Source: Promethearchaeota archaeon Loki_b31 (GTDB lineage: Archaea; Asgardarchaeota; Lokiarchaeia; Sigyniarchaeales; SOKP01). Taken from it: DNA of 64,000 nt. The DNA is taken from the NCBI GenBank assembly GCA_005222975.1, contig NJBI01000004.1, positions 66,179 through 130,178 of the forward strand, in the 5' to 3' direction. Positions 60,752 through 64,000 of the stretch are shown piece by piece (the stretch's first letter is position 1; each line of letters begins with the position of its first letter). The notes under the pieces are model-generated. The model made no database searches. It was not told the DNA's origin and was given only the letters and a program-made list of their open reading frames with translations. A program made the translations under genes and the position numbers.

Positions 60752-61858
60752 TCAGTTAGTTCCAGCCAATTTTGGAGTGGGGATAAACACTCTTCTAAGT
60801 GGCGTCCTTTCAAGGCTCCTCGCTTCCTCGGGGCAATGGTGAACGCAGACACCACAACCAACACATTTCTTCTCATCGTCGTGAGCCTTGCCATCTATTA
60901 AAGAAATTGCTTCAATCGGACACTTTTCCACGCAAACTCCGCACCCTATGCATTTATTTTCATCTAATTTGGCTCTATAAGATGTCATAGTGTGAAATGG
61001 CCAGACTCCTCGATAATAACTTTGAAAGATAATGCAACAACATTTACAACAACTACATAAACCCACTTCTTCGTTTTTCGTGTCAAAATCATCATGGAAT
61101 ACCTTGTGAACGAGACCTTCATCTTCTGCTACCTTTATTATCTTCTTTGCATCTTCTTTTGAAACGGGTTTACCATATCCATGCTCGATGAAAAAACGAC
61201 CAAGATTTCCGAAGTGAAAGCATTTAAATCTATCATCTGTCGCCTTGCAAGGGTCGTCTAAGAGAGTTCTTTCAAGCTTACACGGACATTCCGAGAGTGA
61301 GATAACATCATGTTGATCGATTATTTTTGAAGCCTTATAAGAGGGTAATGTAACTTCTTGCGGAACTACGAGCTCTTTTTCAACCGGTACAATCCTGGAA
61401 AACGCCGGTAACTTATCTCTGAATATAGGCAATAACCCTTCGTAATATTTTTGGCTTAACTCAATCGCCTCTTTAACCATTTTTTCAAATACTTGCGCAA
61501 GTTTCTTCTTTTTTTCCATAGTTCCCTTCGTGACAAGAGAATATTCGAAGATATCGGGAATAGGAGCTAATAGACGGTACTCCATGATTTCTGTAGTTCC
61601 AATAGGCGCGTCCATAATGATTCCCTCATCCATCAATGAATTCAACATTTCTGCTAAATCATTATCATTCATACCTGTTTTTTCTTTTAACTCCTCAAAA
61701 GTCAACTTAGGTTTCCTGAAATTCAAAAGAAATCTTGCTTGGTCTTCATTCAAAAGAATTTTTAATAGCTCAATCAATGTATCGTTAGCCTGAAAAAGAG
61801 GATTACCACTACCCCTAACAAGAACTTTGGCCGCTTTATACCAAATTTTTTCCGACAT
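60752..61858 (-). CDS. Fe-S protein with N-terminal wHTH-like region and C-terminal 2x[4Fe-4S] ferredoxin domain
   Basis: CPCK, GLVH, CSCCKCCC, CIGCGVCVEKCP, CVGCGVCVHHCP. Confidence 0.88.
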   Translation of the reverse strand: MSEKIWYKAAKVLVRGSGNPLFQANDTLIELLKILLNEDQARFLLNFRKPKLTFEELKEKTGMNDNDLAEMLNSLMDEGIIMDAPIGTTEIMEYRLLAPIPDIFEYSLVTKGTMEKKKKLAQVFEKMVKEAIELSQKYYEGLLPIFRDKLPAFSRIVPVEKELVVPQEVTLPSYKASKIIDQHDVISLSECPCKLERTLLDDPCKATDDRFKCFHFGNLGRFFIEHGYGKPVSKEDAKKIIKVAEDEGLVHKVFHDDFDTKNEEVGLCSCCKCCCIIFQSYYRGVWPFHTMTSYRAKLDENKCIGCGVCVEKCPIEAISLIDGKAHDDEKKCVGCGVCVHHCPEEARSLERTPLRRVFIPTPKLAGTN

Positions 61859-62418
61859 CTTAAAAAATACCTACGAAACTAATACAATACTTATTTTGAA
61901 TATTTGAATAAATTGTATTAAAAAGATAGAATAACTAAGAAAAATTATTATATAACTTTTTGTTAAATAGCTTGATTTCTTTCGTATTTAATCGACAAGA
62001 AGAGTTTTAAAACAGATTTTTTCATATTTTTTTTTAGTGAATTGCCCCAATATCTTTTGTAACCGAATCCCATATCGACCATTTAAATTTCTGATATAAT
62101 TAGAAAATAATATTGCCACTAACAATAATAAAATAAGGATAAGAAAAAAAAAATTAAATATTGTCGTTTTTTCACCATTTTGTCATTTTCTCCCTTATTT
62201 TAACAAAATTAAATAGTCTTTCTTTTTATTTAAAGATTTTATTTACTGATTCCTTATATTTGTTATCTCTCACTTAATTTGGATCAATTACATATCTTTC
62301 AATAGAAATAATCACTTTAAAGTTTAAATAAGATCGATCATATTAAATTTCAATTATAGAGATTGAATTCAAAAAAATATATTACACTTTTAAATCATTA
62401 AAGGGGTTATTAATCGAT

Positions 62419-63063
62419 ATGACACTCTCTTTTTATTATGATTTTACTATTTATTCAGTTTTAATTTCAGCTCTTTGGATATTTAGAGACATAACATTAG
62501 TTCTTTGGACGCAAACTATGAAGAAAAGGGTAACTAAATCAAAATATATTAACTATCTTCTTATCACGGGAATTATGCTTTTAACTTGGAGTATCCTTTC
62601 TGTTTTTCTCCCTGAAGTCAGAATTTCCAATTATACTGAATCTGAATTCTCTACGTATAATACAATTATATTCCTATATGATTTAATTCCAATTATTCTG
62701 GGAGTTTTTCTTGGAGTAACTTTATCGCTTTACTTTTATCGTATTTATTACCAGCATAATAGGAAAGCTTTTTTAGGACCTGGATTATTCCTTCTTGGAT
62801 ATATAATCTATTTATTTTTTATGATAATTAGTTATTCCATCTTAATATTCGATTCTACACTATTCGATGCAACCTACGAGGCATATTTAATAGGAAATAT
62901 TTTAACCAGTTGTCTTCCGGTTGTAGGGTTTTCTTTCATTTTCTTATATTCTATTTATATTAATAGCGATTTCTTAATCATGTTTTGCGGGTTATTCTTT
63001 GCTTATCTAATGATATCTCTTATTTATAGTATAAATATTACAATATTTTATTTTAATAGGTGA
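62419..63063 (+). CDS. Multi-pass membrane protein
   Basis: 214 aa with about six or seven hydrophobic segments. Confidence 0.7.
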   Translation: MTLSFYYDFTIYSVLISALWIFRDITLVLWTQTMKKRVTKSKYINYLLITGIMLLTWSILSVFLPEVRISNYTESEFSTYNTIIFLYDLIPIILGVFLGVTLSLYFYRIYYQHNRKAFLGPGLFLLGYIIYLFFMIISYSILIFDSTLFDATYEAYLIGNILTSCLPVVGFSFIFLYSIYINSDFLIMFCGLFFAYLMISLIYSINITIFYFNR

Positions 63064-63069
63064 TTTATC

Positions 63070-63633
63070 ATGGAAAATCGAGAAAGAAATAATATATATG
63101 CTATACCATTTATCGGGGGTATTTTATGTATCACTCCACTTTTCATACCTAATTTATTCTTATATATTAGTTATGATCTAATATTTGGGTTGATTTATTT
63201 AATTCCTAGTTTATTGGACACATATTTTGGTATTATAATGATATATTCTGCAATTATGATGAGAACTGGAAAAACAACATGGATTCAAGAAAGAAAGAAT
63301 CTAATGATTTATTCATGGTTAGCAGTTAGTGTTTCTCTAGGTTCGGCTACTTTAACTATGATGGTATCAGGATATTTCCTTATTAGCCCTGTATATGGGT
63401 TTGTAGGGGGTTTAATAACCATTCTGGGAATTTATTTTTATAAACTTATAACTGAGCGTAATTTTCTATCTGGTCCTACTTTAGTCCAAGAGAAAGAAAA
63501 ATTTGAGGCAAGTCCTATGAAAGAACAAGGATTTTATGACAATCCTAAATTATGCACTATTTGTGGATTTAATTTTGGAGAAAAGCCCTATAAATTCTGT
63601 CCAAATTGTGGCAACCTAATAACTTCTGAATAA
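63070..63633 (+). CDS. Membrane protein with a C-terminal zinc ribbon
   Basis: Four TM helices, then CTICG...FCPNCG. SD GGTGA overlaps the upstream stop. Confidence 0.78.
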   Translation: MENRERNNIYAIPFIGGILCITPLFIPNLFLYISYDLIFGLIYLIPSLLDTYFGIIMIYSAIMMRTGKTTWIQERKNLMIYSWLAVSVSLGSATLTMMVSGYFLISPVYGFVGGLITILGIYFYKLITERNFLSGPTLVQEKEKFEASPMKEQGFYDNPKLCTICGFNFGEKPYKFCPNCGNLITSE

Positions 63634-63969
63634 AAAATAATTAAATTGCGTCTTTGCCCTCAATTCGTGTAATTTTTCGAGAGTTGCAAAGGAAATTTAA
63701 AACATTGTACAAATTTTGAGATAACTTCTTTAATTTTAAGAAATCGTTAATGGATATGAGATACTATTGCTACTAGGCAATCTGCCATTGCTGTAATTAT
63801 CGTTAAAAAGAGACTAAATAAATTAAAGTAAAAAAGAAAAAAAATGGCATTAATGCCTTTTAGGTCATTACAAAATTTTTTTTCTTTTACTTATTTTGTA
63901 AAAATTTAGATGGATGTCATTTAAACCTTTGGATCTGTTCCATTCATGTTAATTGAACTATCACTCTTT

Positions 63970-64000
63970 GGGCCGCTAGGCGCCCCAGCTTCCGGGGAAA
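63970..64000. ncRNA. Possible terminus of a structured RNA (SRP-RNA-like 5' end?), truncated by the window
   Basis: Abrupt GC-rich run GGGCCGCTAGGCGCCCCAGCTTCCGGGG with a CCCC/GGGG hairpin in an AT-rich context. Confidence 0.25.

Noticed and set aside
61985-62185. Possible small minus-strand ORF or remnant
   Set aside because: Interrupted by a stop after a poly-T run, with no recognisable motif.
63900-63950. SECIS-like hairpin on the minus strand (ATGAATGGA...TCCAT)
   Set aside because: The 3' GA of the kink-turn core is missing, and no in-frame UGA selenoprotein is visible in the window.
63970-64000. tRNA-Ala-like start GGGCCGCTAG
   Set aside because: It is not followed by a D-arm (CTCAG..GG) pattern.

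Overview
AT-rich, gene-dense window. It is most consistent with a Lokiarchaeia (Asgard) chromosome, based on a C-terminal IPGYN-TM-basic sorting tail, three longin/roadblock-like proteins, GRAM/PH-like and zinc-ribbon proteins, and GGTGA-type Shine-Dalgarno motifs. It holds about 65 CDS. I recognised no rRNA, tRNA, CRISPR array or transposase. Main points: (1) A PEP-synthase-like dikinase appears split into a stand-alone ATP-grasp gene and a stand-alone phospho-His swivel gene, with an uncharacterised 455-aa protein in place of the pyruvate-binding domain. It lies beside a duplicated acetoacetate-decarboxylase-family / FAD-oxidase / Fe-S operon. This is a candidate undescribed small-molecule phosphorylation/activation pathway. 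(2) At least six otherwise intact genes appear to start at non-NTG codons (ACG x3, ATT, ATC, ATA), each 6-7 nt behind an SD-like motif. (3) A sulfur-relay cluster combines DsrEFH/TusBCD, TusA, ThiF/E1, a ubiquitin-like carrier, a PP-loop sulfurtransferase and an extra DsrE. (4) An RCK-channel gene has an in-frame amber codon. (5) There is a candidate 21-aa uORF plus hairpin upstream of csp, an MNT-HEPN toxin-antitoxin pair, and a GC-rich possible ncRNA end at the right edge. All calls come from manual motif reading; no searches were run.
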